Source: Octopus sinensis (Eukaryota). From it: a DNA stretch of 64,000 bases. The position numbers and the translations under genes were made by a program. The notes below the pieces were generated by a model that worked only from the letters and a program-made list of their open reading frames with translations, was not told where the DNA came from and made no database searches. Shown here piece after piece: positions 1 through 12,420 of this stretch. The first letter of the stretch is position 1; every line of letters begins with the position of its first letter. The stretch covers positions 37,138,001 through 37,202,000 of the forward strand of contig NC_043012.1 of assembly GCF_006345805.1 (NCBI RefSeq), written 5' to 3'.

Positions 1-929
1 TATATATATATATATTCAAGAAGGGTGGGGTCAGGTTGATGTTTAATGGAGTGAGAGTACAGAGGATGTATGGGTTGTTTGAAAAGACTCCCAGCACCTG
101 TCTGGGTGGGGGAATCTTTGACCACGAAAATATGACACAGAATTTGTGAATCTATTAAAGTGCATGTGTGTGTATGTGTGTATGTGTTTGTATGTATGTA
201 TATACATATGTATGTTTGTATGTATATGCATTATGTGCTTGTGTATATATGCATATGTATGTGTTTGTGTGTATGCATGAGTATGTGTGTATGCACGTGC
301 ATGTACATATATGTGTATGCGCGTGTGTGTGTGTGTGTGTCTGTATGAATATGTATATGTTTGTGTGCTTGTAAGTGTGCGTGTGTGTGTGTATGCATGT
401 GTGTGTGTATGCATGCGTATATTGGAAGCCGCCATGTGCATGGATGTCTGTGGATGTTTGAATGCGTGCGCACTGCACGTGCAGACGGGTAGCGTGTGAC
501 GGGTAGTCAGTGATGTGTGTCTAATTTTGTGAAATTATCTCAATTTATGAGATAGAGCAGGGTGGAGGGGAGAAAGGGAATGCGAGGGGGGAGGGACAAG
601 GAAGAAAGGGAGGAAAAAGAGAGAAAGAGTGTGAAGGAGGAAGAGTGAATGAGAGAACAACACACACACACACACACACACAGGTAGATATAACTATATA
701 CAAGTTGATAAATATACACATGTGAGCTGGTGTATCTCACATACACATATATACACACACAATCACTCATACATACATGCATGCATATATACATACACAC
801 ACACACACTACCATCAAACAATCGGGGTATTTCTAAAGTCGGGTAGTTATTCTGAAGGAGAACAATCATCATCGCCATCATCACCACTACCTCTAACCAG
901 TATGACCAGAAACATCACCATCAGCACCA

Positions 930-1012
930 CCACCACCACTACAAACAGCTGCATCATCACCACCACAACCACCACCACCACCACCACCACCACCACTGCC
1001 ACCGCCGCCGCC

Positions 1013-1043
<31 letters not shown>

Positions 1044-2100
1044 CCACCACTACTATTATTATTGCTGCCCTCACCCCCACCACTATCACCACCATCACCA
1101 TCACTGCTGCCGCTGCCTCCCCCGCCACCAACAGGTGAGCACGCACCAATATTCAAGAGCGAATCTTTAGATCGATGACATGGCATTGAAGTGTGGCAGA
1201 GGCACCCCTCCATTGGCAGAGAGAGAATCTTGCAGGGATTACGGTGGGGTGGATAGAGCGGGTGGGGAGGGAAGGTGTGGTTAGCGGCATTGCTTCAGTT
1301 TGGGAGGGGAGGGGTGGCGAGGGGTGGTGGTGGTGGTGGAAGTGGGGTGCAATGAAGTAGGAAGACGGCAATAAGGAGCAGGGATGCAGCGGAGGCGAAG
1401 ATGACTGGCAGCGGTAAAAGTTGCTATGACTCATCTCTGTTCCTTGATAACAACTGCGTTGCGTCAAAGTTCTTGTGACAGCCACCACCCACCGCCACCA
1501 CCACAACTACCACCGCCACTACCATCACCACCACTGTTATCATCATCATCATCAACACTGTCATCACAGCTATTGTCACAAGCATCCCTGCCTCTGGTAT
1601 CACCACCTCCACCACCACCAGCACCTCCACCATCATCACCGCCACTGTCATTGTCATCATCACCATCATAGCTATCATCATCTAGAATCACTGCCTCCAG
1701 CATCATCCCCGTCCCCATCCCCACCGCCCTAACCATCAGCACCACCACAACCACTACCATCATAACAACTACTAGAATCTCAGCCAAAACCATAACCATC
1801 ATCATCATCGTCATGACCCCCTCCACCTCATCACCCCACCCATCACCACCAATGCCACAACAAACCAGTTTTCTGTTTGTGCAGTATGTGCACCTATAAA
1901 TGTACAAATGCACAAAAATCCACCACCACCACCACCACCAACACCACCCCACAGACAACACAACCATCAATGTCACCACCAATACCGCCACCACCATCAA
2001 CGTCAACACTACCACCACCCCACAACCAACACAACCATCAATACCATCACCACTACCACCACCAATGACAACACCAATGTTCCCCCCCACCACGCCCACC
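930..2100. repeat. (CAC)n/(CAT)n trinucleotide microsatellite field
   Basis: Direct reading. Similar fields at ~7010-7230, 12930-13070, 17820-18100, 22820-23190 and 44725-44935. Confidence 0.95.
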
Positions 2101-2433
2101 CCTGCCATACATCTACATGCATAAAGTGAAGAGGAAGGATCTTTCGGTGCTGCTATTCACCAATTTTAATCAATATTTTTACTTCTTTGAATATCTTTTT
2201 TTTTACAATTTTAGTTGGAACTTAACGTTTGAAAAACTAAGTCATTGATTTCTGAAAACACACACACACACACGCATGTATGTATGTGTCTTTTATTCTT
2301 GTATTTGTTTCAGTCATTGGACTGTGGCCATGCTGGGGCACCACATTGCAAAGTTTAATGAAGCACATCAACTGAATGCTTATTTTTTCATTCAAAGATT
2401 GGTACTTATTCTATCGGTCTCTTTTGTTGATCA

Positions 2434-2470
<37 letters not shown>

Positions 2471-2611
2471 CTATATACATACATATACCTACACACATAC
2501 ACTGCATACATATCTATCAATCTATCTACCTATCCATCTTTGAGATTACATAACTGATAAGAGTACAAGAAATTATATAATAAACTTCATTAGCAAGCAG
2601 TTCATTTTTGA

Positions 2612-2692
2612 AGCTCTGATGAAGCTCTGGGGTGATACTCAAACACTCAACAATGACTGCATAGCATCTCAGAGCAGAAACAGCTGTAAGCT
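2612..2692 (+). ncRNA. Minimal type I hammerhead ribozyme motif (Penelope-type), core intact
   Basis: AGCT-CTGATGA-A-GCTCTGGGGTG...CATCTCAGAGC-A-GAAA-CAGCTG-T-A-AGCT. Stem I AGCT/AGCT; 11-bp stem II (2 G.U); palindromic stem III ACAGCTGT; GUA cleavage triplet. Confidence 0.7.
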
Positions 2693-2953
2693 AATGAAGT
2701 GCATAACAAAATCTCTTGTTATGCATTATATTCAAGTGATGCTTTTTTCTGAAGCATTATCTATATGGAGTCCTGACACCAAGTTACCAGTTTCGCTATG
2801 CCTTAGTGAAATAATAATAACATGTCATACATATGTATGCATGACATCCTTTGACCATGGGTTGCACCTAGAAAGTTCCCCTCCAAGGCACAAGTCCAGG
2901 CAAGATTGTTTTATCGAAAAAACCCTCTTTCATGGCACTGAAGTGATGATAGT

Positions 2954-3222
2954 CTGAAGGCGCTAAATTATTCCAGTGATGAGGAAGTGAAAATTGTAGT
3001 GAAGAAGTGACTCAAAGAATAGTCAACAGAATTTTACGGGGCAGGGATACATTCTCTCATTCGAAGGTGGAACATTGCTATTGAGAGAAACGGTGACTTT
3101 GTTGAGAAGTAGGAATGTGATCCACAGAGGACCGGCTTCATTTTGATGTATGATACATGTTCCTGTGTTGGTAATTATACCTGTCTTAAACAAAATGGCA
3201 TAACTTCTGACTCACCCTCGTA
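2954..3222 (+). mobile_element. Tc1/mariner transposon 3' remnant (transposase C-terminus plus right TIR)
   Basis: Frame from 2954 reads LKALNYSSDEEVKIVVKK*LKE*STEFYGAGIHSLIRRWNIAIERNGDFVEK*, matching the mariner C-terminal pattern. Ends ...GACTCACCCTCG-TA (mariner-type terminus plus TA). Confidence 0.85.
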
Positions 3223-4233
3223 TGTATATGTGTGTGTGTGTGCATGCATGTCTGTGTGTATAAGGGTGTGTGTGTGTGTGTGTGCATGTATGTGTGAGTG
3301 TGTGTATGTATGTGTTAGCGTGTGTGTGTGTGTGTGCGTGTGTATGTATGTATGTGTATGTGTGTATGCATGTGTGTATGTATGTGTGTGTATGTGCATG
3401 TGTGTGTATGTGCATGTGTGTGTATGTGTATGTGTATATATGGGTGTGTGTATGTGTGAATGTGTGAGTATGTATGTGTGTGTATATGTGTGTGTGCATG
3501 CGTCTCACTGAATATGTTCAACTGCATGTAGCTACTGCACAATCTGCGGAACAGGTGGAATGCGAAAAACATGTAGAAATGGTAGACAAGTGTAGGCACT
3601 ACTAGACAGGTGGAGAGGAAGTTGACAGGTGTAGACACTAGACAGGTGTGGATGTGGGAGACAGTAGACAGTTGACAAATGTAGCATAGAGACAGAGGGA
3701 ATGATAAAGAGAGAGTAGGCAGAGAATACAGACACACTGGACAGGTGCAAAAATAGTGGACAGGTGCAGACATTAGACAGGCACAGAGAACTAAAACAGG
3801 TGTGGAGATGATAGACAGGTGTAATAGGAAAAAAACATATAGAGAGAGTAGCCGGGTGTAGTGTAGATACAGTGGACAGGTGGAGAATGGAGATAAAACA
3901 GAGAATGAGTGAGCAACAGTGACAGGTGTAAAGTGGTTGATTATCAGGTAAATTTAGAGACAGAATGAGGAATACTAACTTTTGTCTGCTGCACATAGAA
4001 ATGGATTCCATCTAAGATAATGACTTGAGGACAGAGAACCGACTGGTGGATGGAGGCGCAGTAGTCATAGAGCTCAGGTAAGGTCTTCAGGTACCTGTAG
4101 TTGAAAATACAAACTGACAATGAGGCACATATCCATATATATAGTTCAAATTCACAGAAAACAAAAGATGAAGACAGGTGAGGGAACAACAAGCAGGTGT
4201 ATTAGTTTTAATGCTCAGGAAGAATGGAAATGT

Positions 4234-4269
4234 CTTTTACATTTCGAACCTATGCTCTTCGACAGAAAG
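4234..4269 (-). ncRNA. Hammerhead-like motif, variant core CUGUCGA, in a ~160-bp dispersed repeat (4150-4300)
   Basis: Minus strand CTTT-CTGTCGA-A-GAGC-ATAG-GTTC-GAAA-TG-T-A-AAAG. Homologous copies at 18405-18440 and 62406-62441. Confidence 0.45.
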
Positions 4270-4331
4270 GATTGAGAGGAAAAAAATAGAGAGAGAAAAA
4301 TTGTATGGATTAATGGTTTAACATACACATG

Positions 4332-4376
<45 letters not shown>

Positions 4377-4401
4377 TATGTATGTATGTATATATGTATA
4401 T

Positions 4402-4670
4402 GGTGAGCGTGCATTGCCTAGTGGTTAGGTTGTTGTACTAATGATCTTGAGATTGTGGTTTCAATTCCAAGACTGGGCAGTGTGTTGTGTTCTTGAGCAA
4501 AACACTTCATCTCAAATTGCTCTGTGATACTTCGACACCTGGCACTTGGTACACCTGACACTTGGTACACCTGACACTTGGTACACCTGACACTTGGTAC
4601 ACCTGACACTTGGTACACCTGTGCACCTGTTCAGACGACGTCAATTTGATGGAAGGAGTGAACTAACGTA
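4402..4670 (+). mobile_element. tRNA-derived SINE with CORE-like segment and internal 16-bp tandem array
   Basis: A-box-like CCTAGTGGTTAGG, B-box-like GGTTTCAATTCC, then GTGTTCTTGAGCAAAACACTT. Related copy at ~48140-48360. Five tandem ACACCTG(A/G)CACTTGGT units at ~4545-4625. Confidence 0.6.
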
Positions 4671-4697
4671 CCACATATATATTTGATCCCTATAAAC

Positions 4698-5045
4698 CAG
4701 TGGTTCCCAACCAGGGTCCATACAGGTCCCTGGGGATTCATATAAGATTTTTGGGGATCCATGTAATAAAACAGTAAATTGGGGATCCACAACAGCATTT
4801 CAAGGGCCCCTGAAAAAATTTTGCTTTCAATGTATGTATTGGTATTCATTGCAAGAAACAGCCATGGTTCTTTCTCTGACATTTTACAGAGTTCGACCTC
4901 TGAATGTATGAGAAGCAAAATAAGAATTTTGAAAGAGGTTTCAATAAAACTAGTTTTTAAACATCGAATGGCTATGGGTGGGGGTCGACCAGAATAAAAT
5001 AGGAATGAAAGAGGTCCATAGATAAAGAATGGTTGAGAAACCCTG
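4698..5045. mobile_element. hAT-type MITE
   Basis: TIRs CAGTGGTTCCCAACC / GGTTGAGAAACCCTG; flanked by 8-bp TSD CTATAAAC (4690-4697) / CTATGAAC (5046-5053). Confidence 0.85.
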
Positions 5046-5199
5046 CTATGAACAAGCCATTTGTTTAGGCCGTTTAGCAAAAGCTGAATGCTCACATGTT
5101 GCCTTTGATAGGCACATCTATCATATATATATATGATAGAACTGAAGCATTCATGTAGAATAGAGCTGACTCAGTACAACTCATGACAAAAGTTGAGGG

Positions 5200-5429
5200 T
5201 TAACCCCTTTCGTTAGCAACCCGGCTTAAACTGTCTCTGGCTCTGTAGTACAAATGTCTTGTTTTCAAAAGTTCTGAATTAAAATCTTCCACCAAACCTT
5301 AGTCACAATTTATGTTCCTGACCCAAGCTTAATGATAACGAAGTTATTTTATTAAATTCTTTGTTATATTTAAAGTAATTGAGAGAAACACAGAGCATCT
5401 CAAAATAAATACAGTATTGAAAGGGTGAA
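5200..5429. mobile_element. piggyBac-like MITE (~225 bp)
   Basis: TTAA-CCCCTTTCGTT...GAAAGGG-TGAA; homologous throughout to 13801-14028. Confidence 0.7.
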
Positions 5430-6135
5430 CCCTGTAGCACTCAGATTACCCTGTGAAATGTAATCCCTATTTATTCACAACATTTTTGAATTAATCATGG
5501 ATTATCTCATAGCTTTGAGATTTCAATGATATGCTATTTTACTTGTTTCAGTCACTCGACGGCAGCCATGCTGGAGCACCGTCTTTAGTTGAACAAATCG
5601 ACCCCAGGACTTGTACTTTGTAAGCTTAGTACTTATTCTATTGGTCTCTTTTGCTGAACTGCTAAGCTACGGGGACATAAATGCACCAGTATCAGTTGTC
5701 AAGTGATGGTGAGGGTGCGGTGGAGACAAACACAGACACACAAATACACACACACAACAGGCTTCTTTCAGTTTCCACCCACCAAATCCACTCACAAGGC
5801 TTTAGTTGACCTGAGGCTATAATAGAAGACACTTGCCCAAGGTGCCAAACAGTGGGACTGAACCTGGAACCATGTGGTTGGTAAGTAAGCTAATTTTCTG
5901 TATGACATTGTCAATCAGGTGTGAGAGCCCAGACCCAGCTGGTTGGCCACTTTAAACGTTAATGGGTTAATCATGGATTATCTCTCATAGCTTTAAAATT
6001 TCAAGGATGTAACTGTTTATTTTTGAAATGACATTGTAGGGTAGGTGTGAGAGGCTGGATGTGGCTGGTGTGAACATAAAAACCAGTGGAATATTTGGGT
6101 CAGAAACAGCCAGTTTAAATGTTAAAGGTTTAAAC
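5428..6135. mobile_element. Second TTAA/CCC...GGG-terminated non-autonomous element, interrupted by a SINE, partly duplicated
   Basis: Begins AACCCTGTAGCACTCAG; ends TAAATGTTAAAGGTTTAA, with a second end-like copy AAACGTTAATGGGTTAA at ~5955-5970. TAATCATGGATTATCTC occurs twice; SINE-A is nested at 5538-5890. Confidence 0.5.
5538..5890 (-). mobile_element. tRNA-derived SINE family A copy
   Basis: Homologous to 63001-63394. Confidence 0.8.
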
Positions 6136-6421
6136 ATGGCAAATTGTACAGCTTTAGCCAGAAACGGTTTAACTTTCCATGATGCAGAAGGACGTCTTTA
6201 GCGCCAACAACAAAAACTACAAATGTCTGGCTTCATTAAATATACAAATCCAAAGATTTATTATCATTATCATTCTTCTTCTTATTATTACTTCTATCAT
6301 TATTATTATAAGTGCAATTTTCTTCTTCTTCTTCATCCTCCTTCTCCTACTCCTCCTCATCATCATCCTCAACACCTTCACCATCATCATCATCATCATC
6401 AGTCTCCCCCTCCCCCTCCCC

Positions 6422-6460
<39 letters not shown>

Positions 6461-7952
6461 TGTTGGACTAATGGAAGGTTTGAAAGAATTAATGTATCTG
6501 CTGGTATAGAATAACTCTCACAAATCAATTATTCAGTTGATTTGGGCCGTTCTTGCAGACTTCTGTCACAACTCTGATGGTATTTCAACAGATAAAAAAA
6601 ACCCAAAAAAAACAACAAACAAACAAACAAGAAACAGAAACAAAACAATTAACAACAACAAAAAAGAAGCGCCATTCTACCAGATTGCATCTCCTTTCCC
6701 CAAAGTCACTGAAATATCGACAGTTGTTGAATGGCGCCAGTCTAGCTTAGAACCAACCAAAGTAACAACAACGTCAGAGAGATTTCAAGACACGATGGTG
6801 TTTGTTTTTCTTTTTCGTTTTGTTTTGTTTCTTTTTGCTTTAATAAACACAAAACAATTTCAAAGAATTAATTTTCTGATAATGAAGGTAAAAACAATCA
6901 ACAGGTAAATAAATATTCAATAAATTGTCTTTCGTTTTGGAATAGTTTAGTCTTAGAACCAGAGCGAAACTGTTCTTATTTCTATGAAGAAGTTGAGGCC
7001 AAAATATATCCTACTCTCCTCCTCCTCCTCTTTTCCTCCTCCACCTCATCATCATGACCATCACCACCTTTACCTCTTCCACCACTACCATCACTGTTAT
7101 CATCATCATCATCACCATTATCATCATCTTCATTGTCATAACTACTATCAACATCATCATCATCATCATATCCACCACCACCTCCACCATTATTACAATC
7201 ATCACAACCAGCTTCTTCATCATCACCTCCCTCGATACTCTTACTCCTACTCTTTACTCTAAGAATCACAGAAACAACAGCAAATCAAACAAATAGGGGT
7301 TAAAGGGGCCCATAGATAAAGAATGGTTGAGGACCAGAGAGAAAGGCAGACCATTTGTGGCAAACGTGGTCAAGTTAAACCAGAAGAAAATAAGATGTTC
7401 AACTGTCTTTGGAAAATTTCTTTTTGTCTTTGGTGAACGTTTACTGAAATATTAATAAAACTCACGGATTTCCAAGATAAAGGATTTTACTAGCAAAGAA
7501 AAAAACAGAAAAAATATGGCATCATGGCATTTTTTTTTTCACAGATAAGACAGACATTAATGGTACTGCGATTAACACCGCCACCACCACCACCACCACC
7601 ACCCAGTAACTATCTCCACCTCCTCCTCCACCACCACCACCACAACAAAGTAATCACTACCATGACTACTACCACACAGTTGTCATCTCCTACCACCACC
7701 ACCACAGTACCAATGGAACAGTCGTTTCTGCCATTAACCTCAGGTTTATTTTGCTTTTTTTTCCCCCCCTGTGATAGGAAACGGGAGTATGTTAGGATTG
7801 AACCCAGATTTATGACTTACATTGGAGTCATGGAGCTTGTGAGCCATTCCATGCTGTAAAGGAGAAGAAAGAGTGGAAGAGAGGGGAAAAGGAGAAGGAA
7901 AGAAAAAGTGAGAGAGAGATGGAGAAAGACAGAGGCAAAGAGAAAGTTGGAA

Positions 7953-7991
<39 letters not shown>

Positions 7992-8030
7992 TAGATAGAT
8001 AGATAGACAGACAGATAGATAAAGATACAG

Positions 8031-8071
<41 letters not shown>

Positions 8072-9756
8072 TATATGTATGTATGTATGCACAGATAGAT
8101 AAATAGATAGACAGAGAGATACATACATATATATATATATATACACACACACATATCATATATGTATGTATAGATAGATACATAGATAGATAGACAGAGA
8201 TACACACACACACATATATATATATAATTATATAAATATATATATAGTGAGAGAGAGAGAGAGACAGAGAGAGAGACAGATAAGTAAACGGAAAGTGAGA
8301 AAATGAGAGAGATAGATGAAGAAAATACTGGGAAAAAAAGCAAAGAGAAAGAGAGAAGGAAATGGAGACCGTTTGTAGCGTCTAGAGAATGAAACCCTCT
8401 TCTGCCTTATTGGTTTCCTCCTCATCAATGGGGTCTTTACAAAAGACAACCCTGGCCCCTACTTTAAAATCTAATTTTCTTCCCAGGAAGCAGTGAGTCT
8501 AAAGAATCCCTACATCGGATCGAAAAGTAATTATATTTCAAGATGGGTTCTATTATCCAGAGATATTCATCGAGAGAGAAGAATTCTCCCACTCAAAGTT
8601 CACAACCAGTTTCCCTCGTTGTCTCTCTCTCTCTCTCTCTTGTAACACGGACAAATATTGCAAAGGAAAAAGAATCATTGTTCGATAATACCATAATAGC
8701 ATTGGCACTGTTTGCATCTCAGAAATTAATATCAGGAATAATAATAATATCTGGTGTGGCTGTGTGGTAAGAAGCTTGCATCCCAACCACAAGGTTCCGG
8801 GTTCAGTCCCACTGCATGGTACCTCTTCTACCCTTAGCCCTTTTGTTGTGTCCTTGAGCAAGACATGTTTCTCCAGTCCACTCAGCTGGCAAAAATGAAA
8901 TGTGTCTGTAATTCACAAGGGCCTTGTCACACTGAATCCCCCTGAGAACTACATTAAGGATAAGTGTGTCTGTGGAGTACTCAGCCACTTGCATGCTAAA
9001 TTCACGAGCAGGCTGTTCCGTTGATCGGCCAGCTGGAACTCTGGTCATCATAACTGACAGAGAGCAAGTTACTTGTTAAACAGATAAGGGTTAGCGTTAG
9101 GAAGAGCATCCGGCTGTAGAACAACACTTCATTAGTATATTCATCTAACCCATGCTGGCATGGCAAAAATGGACATAAAAACAAATGAACAAACAATGCA
9201 ACAATCACCATTAATCCTTTGATTGCGTAATTAAATTTCATGGTTATTCTCGTTATGATGTCAATTATTCACCCCAAATTAATATTTTCTTCTTCTAAGG
9301 CAGAATTAAGGCCAGCAATTTCAGGGGAGAGGGTAAGTCAATTACATCGACCCCCTCCCCCCACCAGTAATCAACTTGTACTTATTTCATCGACACCAAC
9401 AAAAGGATGAAGGGCAAAGCTGACCTCAGCAGAAATTGAACTCAGAACTTCAAACCGGAAGAAATGCTGTTGAGCATTTGGTCCAGTGCAGTAATAATTC
9501 TGCCTTAGAAGAAGAAAATATTAATTTGGGGTGAATAATTAACATATCCATATCCACCACAGTTTCCATATCCACCACGGAAAGAATTGGATTCTTGTTC
9601 TGCAATTTGATGGAATATGCCAAAAGCATTAAGAAACTCCGAAAATTTGCCTTTAGTAAAATGTGTCATTTGGGGAGGTGGGGCAGGGGTGGCCTCTGCT
9701 TCTTGCAGCATAAAGAGAGGTTTTTTAGAAAGCTGTTGGAGTAAAACTGTTTTCTG

Positions 9757-10134
9757 TTTGCTTCCCAACCACATGGTTCCAGGTTCAATCCCACTGCCTG
9801 GCACCTTGTGCAAGAGTCTTCTACTATAGCTTCAGGCTGACCAAAGCCTTGTGAGTGGATTTGGTAGAAGGAAACTGAAGGAAGCCTCTTGTATATATGT
9901 GAGTGTGTGTGTATGTGTGTGTGTGTGTGTTTGTCCCTCACTATTGTTTGACAACTGGTGTTGGTGGGTTTATATCCCCGTAGCTTAGCAGATCAACAAA
10001 AGAAACTGATGCAATAAGAACTAGGCTTTAAAAAAGAAAATAAATCCTGGGGTCAATTCATTTGACTAGAAATTCTCCGGTGGAGCTCCAGCATGGCTGC
10101 AGTCGCTTGACTGAAACAAGTACGAAATAAAAGA
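9757..10134 (+). mobile_element. SINE family A copy
   Basis: CCAACCACATGGTTCCAGGTTCAATCCCACTG...GACTGAAACAAGTA, with internal (TG)n. Confidence 0.8.
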
Positions 10135-10810
10135 TATATCTGCTTCCTGCATTCAAACGGATAAAAGGATTATCATCCAGGTTCATTAAATAATCTTAAT
10201 TAAAATAAGGGATTTATGTCAACAAAATGTTTGTCTCTCTCTCTAATTGGGTCAGGAGTTCAATAAACAGTAAAATCTTTTCTCGATTTCTTAAGAAATA
10301 TTTGACAAATTTTCAGCGAGTAGAACTGGGGGTGGTGTGGGGGGGTTAGATCTGGAGTTGGATCAAATGGTAGCGCCTTGTAGCATGTATTTAACAAAAT
10401 ACAGTTGCATGGTTTTCGTGTCTGCTGGCATGACAAGGTATGTCGGTAGAGTGCCAAGTGAAGCGTCGACAAATTAGATTACAGTTACTGCTAGCAGCAA
10501 GATTTGTTTAACGGAAAAATCTAATATTCTTTTTCGAGGAAAGATATTTTGGTTAGTCATTTTTCAGGAATATCCAATGCCAAAGAGCAGTTTGTGCCTT
10601 GAACTATATCTCTGACCTTTTGAGATTCTGCATCTAAAAGGGTTTTGTGTGTGCAAAAGAGAGAGAGAGAGAGAGAGATTGAGAGAGAGAATGGTAAAGA
10701 GGAGCTTGAAGGGCCATAAAAGCTCACCTCCCATTTCCACACTTGGGAGAAAATCTCATTTCTCTTTCCAACTCGTTTGAATTAGTCTGCAAACAGTAAT
10801 CAATTTCCCG

Positions 10811-10823
10811 TGACCTCTGACCC
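10811..10823 (-). promoter_or_regulatory. Candidate nuclear-receptor DR1 element
   Basis: TGACCT-C-TGACCC (minus GGGTCA-G-AGGTCA) in apparently non-repetitive sequence; motif match only. Confidence 0.3.
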
Positions 10824-11045
10824 TCTCCAATGGTTTCCCCAGCAACAGCCAGAACATGCTGCCATCAATTCGCTCTTTATCTCATCTGCAGACCATTGTC
10901 TGTTCACACGGAAACTGGCAACAAATTCATTAAAAGGAACCATTCTTAAAACCATTATCCGAAATCCAATAATTTCTCTCTTTTATCTTGCAAAACCTAA
11001 AACTATGGGGTGGAATCTGATTTCACTAACACATTTAGAGACAAT

Positions 11046-11190
11046 ACCTGTTGAATACCTGAATGGGTCGTTATCTGACCACACCTGACGAATACCTATA
11101 GGTGGGTATTTATCAAACAATACCTGAAGAACACCTGTAAGTGGGTATTTATCAGACAATACCTGATGAACACCTGTCTGTAGGTATTCA
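11046..11190. repeat. 37-39-bp minisatellite, ~3.7 copies
   Basis: Unit ACCTGAAGAACACCTGTAAGTGGGTATTTATCAGACAAT; unit starts at 11046, 11083, 11122, 11161. Confidence 0.85.
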
Positions 11191-11336
11191 TTGTTAAAAC
11201 TGAATGGTTTAACAATTACATTGACAAAAAATAAGTTATTATTGTTTAGCCCTAGGCTAGCCATGATTGAGAAAGTAGATTTATGACCAAAATCCTTCAA
11301 GCCTGCTCCATCAATTTTTCTTTTTTTTTTTTCACA

Positions 11337-11628
11337 TAGATGCAGGAGTGGCTGCATGGTAAGTTGCTTGCTTACCAACCACATGGTTCCAGGTTCATTC
11401 CCACTGCGTGGCACCTTGGGCAAGTATCTTCTACTATAGCCTCAGGCTGACCAAAGCCTTGTGAGTGGATTTGGTAGACAGAAACTGAAAGAAGCCCGTT
11501 GTATATGTGTAATATATATATGTGTGTGTATATGTTTGTCTCTCTGTGTTTGTCCCCCACAACATCGCTTGACAACCAATGATGGTGTGTTTATGTCCTC
11601 GTAACTTAGCGGTTTAGCAAAAAGATTC
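11337..11628 (+). mobile_element. SINE family A copy (3'-truncated)
   Basis: GCAGGAGTGGCTGCATGG head through GTAACTTAGCGGTTTAGCAAAA. Confidence 0.8.
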
Positions 11629-11639
11629 AAGCCAGAAGG

Positions 11640-12158
11640 TACTAACCATTGATGGGTAACGGCTTTGTCAACATCGGCATTATTGTCTCTGTTTGGGTAT
11701 TTGCCATTGAGAGGTTTTTCTTGCCATTTGTCAGTAAGACATTTCTAAGGCAGCAATTTTAGCACGGGTTTTCGTACGCTTAGCTTTGTCTGTGCTTGTT
11801 TCCAATACGTCTAATTCTGAGATTTGTTGTATTTGGAATTCACTGAGATATTCTTTTGCCTGTTTTGTTACTGAGTATGAAGCTTTCTTGTTTTCATGCT
11901 TTAAGACAAGTTTTAACATCCAGTCATCAGAGTTTTATGGATAGGTCTTAAGGCCAATTGTGGCAATCTTCATTGTTACTTCCAGCTGAATAAGTCACAG
12001 ATAGAGTACGACTTTTCTTGGCAGGTAAAGTCGTTCTATATCTGCCTTAGGGTGGTGCATTCTATGCACTGTCAACAATTTTCATATTTTTCTGTCAAGA
12101 TTATGTATTTCAGTAATTGACCAGTTAACGATATTGAAACTGTAAGTCATGACCATAC
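11640..12158 (-). mobile_element. R4/Dong-like (RLE-type) non-LTR retrotransposon fragment, post-RT region
   Basis: Minus strand VMTYSFNIVNWSITEIHNLDRKI*KLLTVHRMHHPKADIERLYLPRK, then frameshifted LIQLEVTMKIATIGLKTY and MLKLVLKHENKK... The HPKAD-x-x-RLYLPR motif is typical of this group. Confidence 0.8.
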
Positions 12159-12164
12159 ATTATT

Positions 12165-12420
12165 ATTATTATTATTATTGAGTGAGAGAGCAGTGCATGC
12201 CATCAAAGTGACACTGGGGTTCAAATATATAAAGCCCAGTATACCCATCATCATTACCCGTGTGATAAGGGTACACCAGGCACATGCATCACAACCATAT
12301 GTGCGTGACATGGTGATCTCATATCAAGATAAACAGCACATGACCTTGCAGGTGGGACCCAGTTAGAAATTTCTTCAGGTTGAGTAACCCATCCCGCTCA
12401 AAAGGTCCCTGAATAAATAA
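12165..12420 (-). mobile_element. 3' part of (TAA)n-tailed interspersed element
   Basis: Reverse-complement match to 57160-57410. Confidence 0.75.

Noticed and set aside
43-2129. Long His/Thr/Val/Cys/Gly-rich ORFs, and similar ones throughout the window
   Set aside because: They are translations of (CA)n, (TA)n, (CAC)n, (CAT)n and (ATAG)n microsatellites, open in several frames on both strands, with no domain content.
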